From Malacoraja senta (taxonomy: Eukaryota), in NCBI GenBank assembly GCA_038087875.1, contig CM075989.1:20648001-20712000 (forward strand): a stretch of 64,000 nt of DNA, in the 5' to 3' direction. Below the pieces are notes generated by a model. The model saw only the letters and a list, made by a program, of their open reading frames with translations. It was not told where the DNA came from and did no database searches. Shown piece by piece: positions 61,336 to 64,000 of the stretch. Position numbers and translations under genes: made by a program. The number at the start of each line of letters is the position of its first letter. The stretch's first letter is position 1.

Positions 61336-62134
61336 AAATTCTATCCCCAAATGGGCAAGGTGGAGGGAAAGATGTTGAGCTTGGGTATTGGGTGTTCACA
61401 TTCCTGGCTGCTGCAGGGCACAATAGCAAAGTCCATCAATTTCTAACAATTAAACTAGAGCAGACCCAGTGATCATATGAAGAAACATCTCGTTGGGGAG
61501 AGCTTTGGGCATAGAATTATTCATCAGATAAAACGAGCTGGAGGAAAATATATTAAGTTACCTGTTCAATTGTCACCTTGGTGTACATTATAAAACAAAT
61601 ATCATAAAACTCTCATGGGTTAAATCCCAAACGATGGGCCGATTGGCAGAGTTCATCTTGTGAATTTAGAAATAATTATTGAAAAGCCAAGTGTTTATAA
61701 GTTGTCGGAGCAGGATTAGGCCATTCGGCCCATCAAGTCTACTCCACCATTCAATCATGGCTGATCTTCCTTTACCTCTCAATCCCATTCTCCTGCTTTC
61801 TCCCCATAACCCGTGGTTCAATTTTAAAAATATTCAGGAGCAGAGTTCTCCACATTGGGGCTTTGCTTCACGTGAAGACTGGGTCTATTCCAGACTGCTA
61901 GAGATTGGTTGACATGGTGACTGTTGCACCTTGCCTCGTACATGAGTGCAGAAGCCCAGCTGTGTGGACACTAAAAGTTCTGTTAAGCTAAATAGACCAG
62001 CAAGGTACTTTGACATTGCAGGAAAGTTGTTTATCGTCCTCAAACCCAGCTGAGTTTGTGTTAATTTAGGGGTGGCACGGTGGCGCAGCGGTAGGGTTGC
62101 TGCCTTACAGCGCCGGAGACCCGGGTTCGATTCT

Positions 62135-62448
62135 GTCAATAGACAATAGGTGCAGGAGTAGGCCATTCGGCCCTTCGAGCCAGCACCGCCATTCAATGTG
62201 ATCATGGCTGATCATCCCCAATCAGTACCCCGTTCCTGCCTTCTCCCCATATCCCGACTCCGCTATTTTTAAGAGCCCTATCTAGCTCTCTCTTGAAAGC
62301 ATCCAGAGAACCTGCCTCCACCGCCCTCTGAGGCAGAGAATTCCACAGACTCACCACTCTCTGTGAGAAAAAGTGTTTCCTCGTCTCCGTTCTAAATGGC
62401 TTACTCCTTATTCTTAAACTGTGGCCCCTGGTTCTGGACTCCCCCAAC
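62135..62448 (-). mobile_element. CR1 3' fragment nested in a plus-strand SINE (about 62068-62705)
   Basis: ORF 62202-62561 reads GESRTRGHSLRIR...FFSQRVVSLWNSLP. The SINE head precedes it and the SINE body resumes at about 62460. Confidence 0.87.
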
Positions 62449-63884
62449 GGTGTCCCTCCCCTGTCTGTAGCGAGTACTCTCTGTATAGAGTTTGTACACC
62501 CTGTGACCTGCGTGGATTTTCCATGGGATCTCCAGTTTCCTCCCACACTCCAAAGACGCACAGGTTTGTACGGTAATTGGCTTCGGAAAAAATTATAAAC
62601 TGTCCCTAGTGTATAGGATTGTGCTAATGTACGGGGATCACTGGTCGGCGCGGACTCTGTGAGCTGAAGGGCCTATTTCCACGCTGTATCTCTAAACTAA
62701 ACTAATTGCAGTGTAAGCAGCAGGTGGAGCTAGAAGCCAACCATTACAAACCCTGTGTAGACTTCTGCCAGAAAACTTTGGATTTGACCCATTGAACCCA
62801 CAACATTCTGGGGCCATTTTCAAAATAGTCAAAAGCATTCATGTTTTATCGTAGGAATTTCTTATTTAAAATAAGGCAACTAATAGGGAGTTAAGTACCT
62901 AGTGCACTGTAAAATTCATGAGCCGAGGCTACTTTGTAAAAATATGGACAGTAAAATCTGAAATGTTTACTTTGAGCAGTGAAAGCTAGGGAATTTAACT
63001 TTTGTGAATGATTAATTCACTGCATTTGATAGTCAACGTACAAAAATAATGAAAAAGGATATGAATTAATCAGTGACCAATGGCACATTTATTTTTAACA
63101 AGATTTTAATCACAAACATGAAAAAATACAAAAGTATGACAAAATGTACTTGTGCTACATGGAAATATTTAACCAGGGCTCAAAGATCAGATTCCTTTGC
63201 ATTTGGATCCAAACGGGTAACATCCCACGCCCAAAGCAGAGGCCATCGAGGATGCAGTGAATTACTGCAGCTAGTGTAAATCTTCTGCAAAGTACCCCAA
63301 ATAACATTGTGTGGTGCCCTGCAGAATTTGACTGGGGATGTTCCACTTGGACAGTAGCTTTGCCTTACGACAACCTGCTCTGAATAACAATCCAACAATA
63401 AGTTTTATGTTACAATTTTCCAAGACATAGAAAGTAGGTGCAGGTGGAGGCCATTTGGCCCTTCGAGCCTGCACCGCCATTCATTGTGATCATGGCTGAT
63501 CATCCACAATCAGTAACCCGTGCCTGACAACAGTAAGAGGTAGATGACTGGAGCTGCAGGCACAAAGACAAACTGAACTCACCACGTTCACCATTATCAC
63601 ATCCGTTGGACTTCAGACAGGACCTTTCAGGGGAATCAATCTTTGGCAAAGTGGGAAGAAGTACGACTGAGGCAAGTTGATTTGGATGAGTAGCTGCCGG
63701 TCATCCTAAAAGCAGAGGTGTCCAGTTGGGCTGCAGGTCAAAACTAACCAGAACCAACATGGATGGTCAGGAGCTGTGTCCTTAAAATTATATTTGGAAA
63801 TATCAATTTGCAGAGCAAAGGTTCAAGCTACTCAAACCAGGACAGGCGTTGAAGACACTGCTAACACACACATAGCCTGAGAAT

Positions 63885-64000
63885 AAACAGACGTACATTT
63901 AGAAAGGAGGATGAGGAGGAATTTTTTTAGTCAGAGGGTGGTGAATCTGTGGAATTCATTGCCGCAGGCGGCTGTGTAGGCCATCAATAGATATTTTTAC
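63885..64000 (+). mobile_element. CR1 fragment running off the window end
   Basis: atgaggaggaatttttttagtcagagggtggtgaatctgtggaattc. Confidence 0.75.

Larger units (their letters stand above)
139..62705. repeat. Dispersed SINE family, about 25 copies. Approximate starts, + strand: 139, 5740, 9059, 12945, 33560, 36905, 37851, 39683, 40833, 44009, 45578, 46597, 47094, 47280, 52185, 55607, 57370, 58504, 60564, 62068; - strand: 8545, 19979, 21687, 43686, 55106, 57661
   Basis: Recurring head, core and tail motifs as in 45578-45887. Coordinates are approximate. Confidence 0.85.

Noticed and set aside
125..63480. Most 60-170 aa ORFs in the supplied track
   Set aside because: They are alternative-frame or antisense readings of SINEs, CR1 and PLE repeats, or random intronic sequence. 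They lack splice context and recognisable domains.
63593..63706. Minus-strand exon of a downstream convergent gene
   Set aside because: Splice-like signals exist, but all three frames contain stops.

Overview
Eukaryotic, repeat-rich vertebrate DNA. The repeat set (HE1/V-SINE-type tRNA SINEs, HER1/CR1 LINEs) suggests a cartilaginous fish, probably a skate or ray; this is inference. The only host gene I can support is the 3' half of MEF2A on the + strand: five coding exons (38652-38821, the 24-nt beta microexon 40275-40298, 44323-44428, 44994-45120, 48126-48435) followed by a repeat-free ~3.5-kb putative 3' UTR. No MADS-box or other upstream MEF2 exon was found, so the first 38 kb is probably one long intron; it contains a 200-N gap. 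The rest is mobile DNA: a near-complete young CR1 LINE plus a near-identical inverted partial copy, many CR1, Rex1 and L2 fragments, about 25 SINEs, PIF/Harbinger-type and hAT-type MITEs, and Penelope-like element (PLE) remnants. The most striking non-gene signal is a dense family of short PLE-terminus-derived elements carrying a minimal hammerhead-ribozyme motif. They occur as 95-220-bp insertions with 10-14-bp target duplications, often as fold-back palindromes whose axis sits next to the ribozyme core. Other notable items: a candidate gamma-like alternative acceptor and a 9-nt acceptor shift in MEF2A, and a templated 119-bp insertion with a snap-back hairpin. Most short ORFs in the supplied track are spurious readings of repeats.
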